IMG/VR virus record: IMGVR_UViG_3300028569_000028
Span: 16,012 to 80,011 of that record
DNA from: a virus
DNA length: 64,000 nt
Strand: one strand, 5' to 3'
A model generated the notes under the pieces. That model was not told the DNA's origin. It worked only from the letters and a program-made list of their open reading frames with translations, and searched no databases. Position 1 is the stretch's first letter; every line of letters begins with the position of its first letter. Below, one piece after another: positions 55,965 to 63,722 of the stretch. Made by a program: the position numbers and the translations under genes.

Positions 55965-58127
55965 TTAGATATTTTTTGCCATCATTTGTTGTGGCGTTTG
56001 AGGTTGTTCTACTGCACCCTGTGCTCCTTGAACTTGAGGAGGAGTTGCAGGAGATGGAAGTTGTCCCATGTTTTCTTGCACCGATACAGATTGAGCTTGA
56101 GGATTTTCCATAAGTGGAGGAATCTGCTCTTGACCTTGCTGCATTGGTTGTTCTGGAGCAACTGTTCCCGGAGCTACCGGACTACCAGCTGGAGGACCAA
56201 GAGGTTGTTCTCCTAACATACTAAGAATATTAGCAACATCAGGATTAGAGAGGATATCAATATGTTCTTGAATATGGGCAAGCGTTCGTTGAACAAGCTC
56301 CGCATCCATGCGTAAATCAGGATCAGCGAGAACAGCCTTATGCTCTCTAATATGCAATGAATGAGCATCAGTGAGTACAGCCACAACGGGAGTTGTACCG
56401 TCCACAAGCCGCTCTCTTTCAGCTCTAACAAGCAAAAGCTCCTTGTTTTGACCTTCGGTCATAGTTTCTAATTTACCAACATTAATAACTGAAATATACT
56501 GTTCTGGAGTTGTAATGATACCCATCTGCATCATTTGTGATGCCATTTCAACGCGACCTGCGGTTGTCTGAGCAAGAGCATTACCCGCATCAACAATAAC
56601 TCTATTGATAGAAGATAAGTCATTAGATGTAAACTCTTTCATATAAGTTACATTTGACTTGCCAGCGATAGCGGCAACGCGAGGAGTTTTAGCGAATGTT
56701 TTAAGAAGCTCTACAACGTTAGTTCCAACATCTTCAATCAACTGGATGTAGGATTGTTGTAGTCCAGAAATAAACTGTAGAGCTTGGGATTGAATTAAAG
56801 CTAGAGCATTACCTGATGTAAGTTGAGACTCTGGATTACCTCGTGCGACAGAATTTACGCCTGATATAGTCTCCATCGAAGATTCTAGCATTTTCAAAAA
56901 GTTAAAGATTTCAGCGGGTGTTTGAGTTAAGTTTAAAGGTCTTGGAGGTTGGAAGCCGGGATTACCTTGGATAAAATTAAGACCATCAGAGACTTGTTCC
57001 ATTTGCACATCTGAGCCTCGTTCTACATAAACGTTCTGAACACCAAAAGCATTCTGGTTAGTCATGATAGTAGAGTAGAGAGAGTTTACAGCATCTTGAA
57101 TTGGAAGAAGATCAAACATAGCGGTGTAGCTAAATGGCGTACCAAGTATATCTCGACTTGCTATTCTAAATACTGGAAGATTCTTATAAACCAAAACAGT
57201 ATCTTCTAAAACAACATCGTGGTCTAAATAAAGAACATAACGACCCTTAGGAAGAGATTCCGTAGGTTTATGAAAAAACTCATACATTGGGACATCAGTT
57301 GTTTCATCAAAAGCAGACATAGAAACCCGACTTGTATTTAAGTCTGATTTTGTTCTAAGTGCTTTAATTTGATCAGCAAATTCTGGATATTTAGCAATTA
57401 AATCATATTTATTTTTAAAGCTTCTACAAAGCTGCCAATCGTGATTATTATCAGCTTTAGTTGGATCAAATACTACATCAAAAGGCGACATGACAGTAAA
57501 AACAATGTCACCGCTATATAATGGAACTCCTGCTCTAAGTTCAACTTTTTCGCCATCTTCGTCAGTTTCATATACAATATTGCCGTCTGCGTCGTATATT
57601 TCATTTCCATCTTCGTCAACAAGTTCTTTATACTCCGGCTCAATAAAATCATATACTTCACCCGTTGTAGCATTCCACTCCATTTTTACATAGCCAGATC
57701 CCATAACGATAGCAAACTCAACAGCTCTCTTAAGATCCTGTTCTAATCTTTTATCTCTCATGTAGTATTCTAAAAGGCCATTAGCTAAGTTTGTTTGTAT
57801 TTGTGATTTTACGTCTGTATTAACAGAACGAGCTTGAAAAGAGGGACGAGTAGCCGTAACCATAGTAAGAATGTGACTTGCAATGTTTCCATAATGGTTC
57901 ATTGGTAAGTTTACAAGTTCACCAGTTTCTCCGCCAAAAGTTATAGCGTGTCCACCTTCATAAAAAAATCCGTAATAAGCTTGCCAGCTTCTTTTCATCT
58001 TGTCTAAGTAGTCAGTACTAATTAAACTATTAAACCAAGCATCAGATTTTCTTTGTAGATACAAAACAAGAGTATCACTCTCACTTGCTGCAAAGTATTC
58101 ATTTTTATCAAAATAAGCCATATACAT
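55965..58127 (-). CDS. portal protein (P22-like)
   Basis: 720 aa after terminase; GSGYVK, SPFDVVFDP, ISGVNSVARG; Q/P-rich tail. Confidence 0.85.
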   Translation of the reverse strand: MYMAYFDKNEYFAASESDTLVLYLQRKSDAWFNSLISTDYLDKMKRSWQAYYGFFYEGGHAITFGGETGELVNLPMNHYGNIASHILTMVTATRPSFQARSVNTDVKSQIQTNLANGLLEYYMRDKRLEQDLKRAVEFAIVMGSGYVKMEWNATTGEVYDFIEPEYKELVDEDGNEIYDADGNIVYETDEDGEKVELRAGVPLYSGDIVFTVMSPFDVVFDPTKADNNHDWQLCRSFKNKYDLIAKYPEFADQIKALRTKSDLNTSRVSMSAFDETTDVPMYEFFHKPTESLPKGRYVLYLDHDVVLEDTVLVYKNLPVFRIASRDILGTPFSYTAMFDLLPIQDAVNSLYSTIMTNQNAFGVQNVYVERGSDVQMEQVSDGLNFIQGNPGFQPPRPLNLTQTPAEIFNFLKMLESSMETISGVNSVARGNPESQLTSGNALALIQSQALQFISGLQQSYIQLIEDVGTNVVELLKTFAKTPRVAAIAGKSNVTYMKEFTSNDLSSINRVIVDAGNALAQTTAGRVEMASQMMQMGIITTPEQYISVINVGKLETMTEGQNKELLLVRAERERLVDGTTPVVAVLTDAHSLHIREHKAVLADPDLRMDAELVQRTLAHIQEHIDILSNPDVANILSMLGEQPLGPPAGSPVAPGTVAPEQPMQQGQEQIPPLMENPQAQSVSVQENMGQLPSPATPPQVQGAQGAVEQPQTPQQMMAKNI

Positions 58128-58145
58128 TCCTTTACAGTTACAGTA

Positions 58146-58155
58146 TATAAGGGTG
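58146..58155 (-). promoter_or_regulatory. late promoter motif CACCCTTATA
   Basis: Exact copy upstream of portal. Confidence 0.8.
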
Positions 58156-58171
58156 TTTTAGTGAATTTTAA

Positions 58172-59647
58172 CTACTTATCTTTCTTCTTACCCCAACTTA
58201 AACTTTTTATCCACGATTTTGCAGAGTTATCTGCTTTTTCTTCATTTTTTAAACGAGAAGAAAATACATTTGAACCAGAAACATCACCATAACCTATTGG
58301 ATATGGGTTTTTACTTTTAATAATGTTACGGTGTAAATAGATAATAGCAGCCAATGCATCTGCGTGACCACCTTTGATTTGACCAGAAGGGGAATCTTTA
58401 ATCTTAAGGAAGTTTCTGCGACTTTTGTCCCATCTAGCAAATTTCATGTGGTATAAAGTGTGTGTGCATCTTGGATGGATTACAACTTTATGTTGGGACA
58501 AACCCACATCTAAAGCATTAATAGCAGCCTCTCTATTATCTTTTCTAGTTGGAATAAAATTTATGCCGTGATCTCGTTGAAGATCGGTAAGCATAATTAA
58601 GTTGTTGTTATCGGCAATTCTTAAATAAGGAGGCATTGGAGAAAGATCAATTGGATTTATCCAAAGCTCTGATTCTTTTTTTCTTATAGCTTCTGCTACA
58701 GATTTTGTATTAACTTCTTTACCAAAGATAAGTTCATCCTCAATAACGGTTGTTGCATTTAAATAATCATAATACCCAAATAATACAGCTGTTAAATCTG
58801 CTCCCCCAATATCCATTGATACATATGCATCGTAAAACACTGGACGAGGATAGTCCGTTCTAACAATAACTTTTTCTACATCAGAACTAAAAGATGGAAG
58901 AATGGAATTATCAGCACTTCTCATAATTTCACACATATACTCACGACGAAATCCCGGATCTTTATCTCCATCTGGATAATCATCTAGTGCGTCTTTAATA
59001 ATAGCTTCTGTAAATTGTGGGTTATCAAAAATAGTAAATACTCTAATACGACCTTCGGCTTGGTACTTTAAAGCCCAGTCCTGCACAAATTCATGATCTT
59101 CATATCTAGAAGGAGTAGAAACTAATATTGTTCTACCTTGTGTTAACTTCGTTGTTGGAGCTAAAACTGAACGCACAGCGTATGTAAGATCGTCGCAGAA
59201 TCCAGCCTCATCCACTATATTCAAACTGGAGTTACCACCTCGAATATTTTCAATGTTACCGTTGTCTGAACCAGCCATTTGCAATTCACTTCCATTGGGA
59301 AACTTATAAAGCAAATCCGCTGCCATAAATACTGGGCGTAAGTGTTTAGGACAATCATCTAAGATTGTCTTCATAATAGGAATAATGTTTTTTTTAGCTG
59401 CTTTTTGTTTAGGAAATACGTACTTAACTATCGTGTCTGGATTTTTAAGACAAGCTTCAATAGCCATTGTTAATGCTAGATAACTTTTGCCAAGACGACG
59501 AGCACACATAACAACGCTGATTTTACTTTTATCGTCTAAGATGCCTTGCTTAATAATTTTCTGTGGACCTGTAAGTTTCCAATCTAGAACTCCAGCTCCC
59601 CATAATTGTTCAACTGCTTGTTCTCTAGATAAAACCTTTTCTTTCAT
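58172..59647 (-). CDS. terL: terminase large subunit
   Basis: ARRLGKS, IVDEAGF, LVSTP, REYMCE, MDIGG, HADAL. Confidence 0.92.
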   Translation of the reverse strand: MKEKVLSREQAVEQLWGAGVLDWKLTGPQKIIKQGILDDKSKISVVMCARRLGKSYLALTMAIEACLKNPDTIVKYVFPKQKAAKKNIIPIMKTILDDCPKHLRPVFMAADLLYKFPNGSELQMAGSDNGNIENIRGGNSSLNIVDEAGFCDDLTYAVRSVLAPTTKLTQGRTILVSTPSRYEDHEFVQDWALKYQAEGRIRVFTIFDNPQFTEAIIKDALDDYPDGDKDPGFRREYMCEIMRSADNSILPSFSSDVEKVIVRTDYPRPVFYDAYVSMDIGGADLTAVLFGYYDYLNATTVIEDELIFGKEVNTKSVAEAIRKKESELWINPIDLSPMPPYLRIADNNNLIMLTDLQRDHGINFIPTRKDNREAAINALDVGLSQHKVVIHPRCTHTLYHMKFARWDKSRRNFLKIKDSPSGQIKGGHADALAAIIYLHRNIIKSKNPYPIGYGDVSGSNVFSSRLKNEEKADNSAKSWIKSLSWGKKKDK

Positions 59648-59988
59648 TTTTTACCAACAATACTAAGAAGTTCGGCAACAGATTTCGTTCCCTTCTTCTT
59701 GTCTTTTTTTTCTTCAACAGGCTTTCCACGGGCAAGTAATAAATTTTTATGCAAGATGTCTAATACCTTAACATCCTCTAGCGTTAGAATACCATGATCG
59801 CTGGCAACTTTAAGCTTGTGAATTTCATTAACACAAACTATCTCTGCATCAGAAATATTAGCAGTTTCTTCTTCTAAGTCGTTATCTCTTAAGATTGAAT
59901 GAGCTTTAGCAAGTTCTATTTCAAGTTCAGCAACTTTCTTTTTAAGTCTTTCTATTTCTAAACTATCAAGCTCTGGATAGGCACTCAT
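59644..59988 (-). CDS. putative terminase small subunit
   Basis: Helical 114-aa protein coupled to terL; call based on position. Confidence 0.45.
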   Translation of the reverse strand: MSAYPELDSLEIERLKKKVAELEIELAKAHSILRDNDLEEETANISDAEIVCVNEIHKLKVASDHGILTLEDVKVLDILHKNLLLARGKPVEEKKDKKKGTKSVAELLSIVGKK

Positions 59989-60000
59989 AATTCGTACCTT

Positions 60001-60339
60001 TTAAAACTGAATCTTAGGTTTATCTTTAGGACGTTCCATACTACCCGGAACTCTTGCCATGTTTAAGCTAAATTTAGCAACGTCATCACGAAGTCGGGTA
60101 ATTTCTGTTTCCGCTTTTGTTTGGATATGCATTACTCGTGCATCTGTTTCTTTGCGAAGTTTTTCAAGCTCACCGAGAATGTCTGGCTGCTCTGTACGGA
60201 ATAGATATTGCTGATATGCAAATAGCACAGAAGAGGCTACAAAGCCGACGATTGGACCAGCACTAATTGGGTTAATTGCGATGTAAATAAAGAATGCAAG
60301 AAGAAGAACGGCAGGAAATGCGTCAAGTATTTTTTTCAT
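60001..60339 (-). CDS. two-TM membrane protein with coiled coil
   Basis: Two hydrophobic segments. Confidence 0.6.
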   Translation of the reverse strand: MKKILDAFPAVLLLAFFIYIAINPISAGPIVGFVASSVLFAYQQYLFRTEQPDILGELEKLRKETDARVMHIQTKAETEITRLRDDVAKFSLNMARVPGSMERPKDKPKIQF

Positions 60340-60362
60340 GAATGTCCTTTATAAGTTAAATA

Positions 60363-60385
60363 TTTAGAGCCAATTGGTATCTAAA
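60363..60385 (-). promoter_or_regulatory. leader hairpin (UA/C internal-loop motif)
   Basis: UUUAGA-UA-CCAAUUGG-C-UCUAAA. Confidence 0.5.
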
Positions 60386-60400
60386 CAATTACTATCACAT

Positions 60401-60410
60401 TATAAGGGTG
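60401..60410 (-). promoter_or_regulatory. late promoter motif CACCCTTATA
   Basis: Exact intergenic copy. Confidence 0.8.
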
Positions 60411-60422
60411 CTATTCGCAAAG

Positions 60423-61235
60423 CTATTTTTTAAGCAAGGATTCTAACGCAGCTCGTCTAGCAGCTGGATTTCTTTGTGGATTTTCAATTGAGGCATCTTC
60501 TTCGCTTGGACCTAAAGATTCTAAGCCACCCGGAATTGCCATGTCCATTGCTGCAGCGGAAGCATCTGGAGAAGAAAGAGCAGCAGCGGCAGTAGCAGCA
60601 GTTCCAATAATAGGCAAAGCTTTAAATGTACCTGATTTTAAATAGTTTTTTAATGCGCCAAGTCCATAAGTTCCTTCACGAAGCTTTGGAATTTGTGCGT
60701 GGTGCTTTCCAGCCATAGCTTCATAAACCTCAGATGGGTCCATATTTTTTAAATCATAGCCTTCAGCTTTAAGTCTTCTTAATTCTTTATTAAAATCATC
60801 AGTCATATCAGGAGTTACGAGTTTTTTAACATCGTCATAACCGTGACCGCCTTCGTGTAGAACGTCGGAGGTTAATTTTACAACATTTCTATTGCCTAGT
60901 ATGTTTTTATTTAGACTAACTTTACCATTAAAATACTCTCCCGCATTATCTTTCATATCCTTTAACTCAATAGGATTCTTAATTTCAGGATAACGTTCTT
61001 GTAGTATTCTATTAAGAAAGTCTTCTTTTTTGCCAATTGGGGAGGTTTTATCTGGGATAGGAATTCCTGTATTATCTAAGACTTTTTGAGCAAGAGATTC
61101 TTCTGCTAAGTTTCTAGCACGTAACGCATCCTTTAGCACATCGCCAGACTTACTTACATAATCTTCTGCTTGAGGCATTCCCAATTCAACATTCTTAGCG
61201 TATTCTTCTAATGCCTTACGTCTAGGACTAGCCAT
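60423..61235 (-). CDS. HExxH metallopeptidase-domain late protein
   Basis: AGEY...VLHEGGH; Ala-rich hydrophobic segment. Confidence 0.6.
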   Translation of the reverse strand: MASPRRKALEEYAKNVELGMPQAEDYVSKSGDVLKDALRARNLAEESLAQKVLDNTGIPIPDKTSPIGKKEDFLNRILQERYPEIKNPIELKDMKDNAGEYFNGKVSLNKNILGNRNVVKLTSDVLHEGGHGYDDVKKLVTPDMTDDFNKELRRLKAEGYDLKNMDPSEVYEAMAGKHHAQIPKLREGTYGLGALKNYLKSGTFKALPIIGTAATAAAALSSPDASAAAMDMAIPGGLESLGPSEEDASIENPQRNPAARRAALESLLKK

Positions 61236-61238
61236 TTA

Positions 61239-61493
61239 TTACCACTTTTTGCAAGACCAGTATCCTGCTTTAAGTTTACTTTTCTTTTCATCACAGCTAT
61301 GTCTTGCGCGAAAATTTTTACGCCTTTCCGGATTATAAGACTTATCTGGCATGTCAGGATCACCAAAACGCACAATCTTTTCTTCTCCGCCTTCACAACC
61401 CTTAACTACCCAAGACTTCTTTTCGCCAGAAGTTCTTTTTGGGCTATTACAAGAAAGCTTTTCTTTTAGGCTTGACCAACGTTTTTTTGCCAT
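61239..61493 (-). CDS. conserved basic phage protein
   Basis: VRFGDP...RRKNFRARH.C...AGYWSCKKW. Confidence 0.7.
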   Translation of the reverse strand: MAKKRWSSLKEKLSCNSPKRTSGEKKSWVVKGCEGGEEKIVRFGDPDMPDKSYNPERRKNFRARHSCDEKKSKLKAGYWSCKKW

Positions 61494-61495
61494 GC

Positions 61496-61669
61496 CTAAT
61501 CCTTGTACTTCTCTTGCAAAGCTTCATAACGGGCACGTTTCAATTCTTCCAATTGTTTCATGTCTTCTGGAAGTTCTGGTTCTACAGCAGGTTCCTGTTT
61601 AGGTTCCTTTCTGTTTTCCAATATAGATTGTATTAGCTGGTTTAACATGTTGTCGTCTAATTCTTTCAT
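61496..61669 (-). CDS. 57-aa first late protein (absent from ORF track)
   Basis: MKELDDNMLNQ...KRARYEALQEKYKD*; ATG 4 nt from the late motif. Confidence 0.6.
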   Translation of the reverse strand: MKELDDNMLNQLIQSILENRKEPKQEPAVEPELPEDMKQLEELKRARYEALQEKYKD

Positions 61670-61673
61670 ATCC

Positions 61674-61683
61674 TATAAGGGTG
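61674..61683 (-). promoter_or_regulatory. late promoter motif CACCCTTATA
   Basis: Exact copy at the head of the late region. Confidence 0.8.
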
Positions 61684-61796
61684 CTTTTTGCCACATTCTG
61701 CGTCAAAAGCGCACCTGAAGCTACTTGTATTTAAAGTTCCTACTTTGTTGCTGGACAACCTATCAAAGAAGTGATATAACCCCCTTAGTAGGTAGT

Positions 61797-62003
61797 ATGA
61801 AAAAACAACAAGTTAGACACAAAGCATCAAAACCAGTAACCTTGCCAGTTGGTAGGGTACTTTTAGAGCTTGCTATGTGGGATTTCTCTGGGAATGCAGA
61901 TGTTATCCGTCACAACGCAAATGAACTTGCTAAGGCTATCCAGATGAGTTACCATTTAAACAACTTTGGACCTTCCAGTTTTGGAATAGATGACGAAGAA
62001 TAG
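61797..62003 (+). CDS. hypothetical protein
   Basis: ORF 61725..62003; probable start MKKQQV after AGGT. Confidence 0.5.
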   Translation: MKKQQVRHKASKPVTLPVGRVLLELAMWDFSGNADVIRHNANELAKAIQMSYHLNNFGPSSFGIDDEE

Positions 62004-62029
62004 CGTGACAGATGCGTTTTAAAAGGTGT

Positions 62030-62046
62030 AGCAATTTTTGTGCCAA
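62030..62046 (-). promoter_or_regulatory. sigma54-type -24/-12 consensus
   Basis: TTGGCAC-AAAAA-TTGCT on the - strand, intergenic. Confidence 0.45.
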
Positions 62047-62081
62047 GGTGACACATAAAACACAGGCACAAACAGCAAAAA

Positions 62082-62306
62082 GTGACAGATATGTTTGAAG
62101 CCAGTCAAGAAAATTTCCTAAAGATGTATTTCTCAGGACTTAGAGTTAAAGTTGAAGTATATTTAATGAATGGATGTGTTATAGAATGGTGGTTTTCTCT
62201 TGATGGTGGTAGTGTGTTTCTTGTAAGTCCAGAAACTTACCATAAATATTTAAAATTTGTTGAAAAAATTGAAAAAGATAAAACATTACTGACAGAGTTA
62301 CGTTGA
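62082..62306 (+). CDS. small protein with degenerate C-terminal tag KTLLTELR
   Basis: ORF track; C-terminus. Confidence 0.6.
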   Translation: MTDMFEASQENFLKMYFSGLRVKVEVYLMNGCVIEWWFSLDGGSVFLVSPETYHKYLKFVEKIEKDKTLLTELR

Positions 62307-62307
62307 T

Positions 62308-62610
62308 ATGAAAGAAGCTTTGAAACAACTACGAAAAATTATCCAGATGCCTGACCAAAAGCATTGGAATTACGTAGAAATGCGGGAACGAGCCTTAGAA
62401 GAGTGGATTGACATGTGGGTTATCCAACTACAATATGAACAATCTGTATTAGATCAGCGATATTTAAAGCTTGAGTTTGAAGACTTCTTAAAAGAACACA
62501 TAGGCAACAAGCTAACCGATCAAGCGATGGAGAGTGCTGTTGAAATTACAAAAGAAAAGACTAAGATTAAAGGATCTTTGACATGTATAAGAAGGAAACC
62601 AAAAGGCTAG
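62308..62610 (+). CDS. hypothetical protein
   Basis: 100-aa ORF. Confidence 0.65.
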   Translation: MKEALKQLRKIIQMPDQKHWNYVEMRERALEEWIDMWVIQLQYEQSVLDQRYLKLEFEDFLKEHIGNKLTDQAMESAVEITKEKTKIKGSLTCIRRKPKG

Positions 62611-62792
62611 ACATTACAAAACTTAAACAAAATCAAGTAGTTTGGTCTGTGCGATTTCAAGCTTACCTTTGTTTTATTGGAGTAGAAGAAGGATCTGAGT
62701 TTCTATTCCGAGCAATGACTGGCCCCCAGTTATATTTATTATATCATTCAGACATATATGAACCATATAGCCTTATTAAGGAGTTATTATAG
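62583..62792 (+). CDS. small protein with C-terminal YSLIKELL tag
   Basis: Ends EPYSLIKELL*. Confidence 0.65.
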   Translation: MYKKETKRLDITKLKQNQVVWSVRFQAYLCFIGVEEGSEFLFRAMTGPQLYLLYHSDIYEPYSLIKELL

Positions 62793-63145
62793 TGACAGCT
62801 AAACGTAAACCTCGCAAGAAAAAACAACAACTTGCAGGAAATATCCACAGCGGAGTATTGTTTATTGGAGACTGCCAGTTCTTTGCAGGAAGCCCTCAGT
62901 TAGAGCTTGATCCAACCACGGGACAAACTATAGACGTAACTCCAAAAGACCCATTAAACCCATTTAACACGCTTGACAGAACTTTTGAGATAGCTGGAGA
63001 AACTGAGGCTAACTTAGAACTTGGACCCTTTCTACCCGGCAGAGGTGTGCTATTAAATACTCACCTCCAACAAGGTAGATTTGTGGTGCGTAAGAAGATG
63101 AAGAATGGTAAGCTTGTTGGGTATTCTATTGATATAAAGGAATAG
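62792..63145 (+). CDS. hypothetical protein
   Basis: AAGGAG SD, coupled. Confidence 0.65.
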   Translation: MTAKRKPRKKKQQLAGNIHSGVLFIGDCQFFAGSPQLELDPTTGQTIDVTPKDPLNPFNTLDRTFEIAGETEANLELGPFLPGRGVLLNTHLQQGRFVVRKKMKNGKLVGYSIDIKE

Positions 63146-63146
63146 T

Positions 63147-63329
63147 ATGACAAAACAAGAATGGCTTAAAAATTACCTAATTAGCTGCGATTTCCATATT
63201 CCAACAGAGAATAATATCCAAGAAAAACTATCAGGGTTAACTGCTATCCAGATTGTGCAAGCTATGGAAGATGCTAAGAAAATCTTAGATAAACTTAAGA
63301 AGACTTCTCTAGGAAAGGAATTAAATTGA
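63147..63329 (+). CDS. small helical protein with C-terminal TSLGKELN tag
   Basis: C-terminus. Confidence 0.65.
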   Translation: MTKQEWLKNYLISCDFHIPTENNIQEKLSGLTAIQIVQAMEDAKKILDKLKKTSLGKELN

Positions 63330-63565
63330 TTCAAGACTGGAAAGCTCTTTCCCCAGAAGAGTCAAGTGTGGTATTATTTAAGAAGTGTGTGGAGTTGCTT
63401 TTACGAGAAGAGGGGTATAAGATAACTGCAGACACAACCATAAGAGTTCTAACACAGCGACTTTATGGAGATTATAGACAAGTATACCACACACAAGAAT
63501 ATAAAAGGGCCGAGAAGCATGTCTTCCACTTCAAAAACACCGGACTGGGCAAACAGTTATTCTGA
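63326..63565 (+). CDS. small protein with C-terminal TGLGKQLF tag
   Basis: C-terminus. Confidence 0.65.
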   Translation: MIQDWKALSPEESSVVLFKKCVELLLREEGYKITADTTIRVLTQRLYGDYRQVYHTQEYKRAEKHVFHFKNTGLGKQLF

Positions 63566-63566
63566 A

Positions 63567-63722
63567 ATGAGAAAGGTGCTTATGCGCTTTAAAACAGACG
63601 AATTAGAGACTTTACAAGATGCCTATACCATAATGGACCCTGATATGTTTAAATTGCAAATAAAGGCAATTAAGGACGAATTAGAGCTTAGGAAGACAAG
63701 CCTTGGTCAGGAACTATTGTGA
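63567..63722 (+). CDS. small helical protein with C-terminal TSLGQELL tag
   Basis: Within ORF 63465..63722; probable start MRKVLM. Confidence 0.65.
   Translation: MRKVLMRFKTDELETLQDAYTIMDPDMFKLQIKAIKDELELRKTSLGQELL

Noticed and set aside
21681-61636. Short + strand ORFs and nested alternate-frame ORFs in the late region (and antisense ORFs in the early region)
   Set aside because: Shadow frames of long, well-supported genes.
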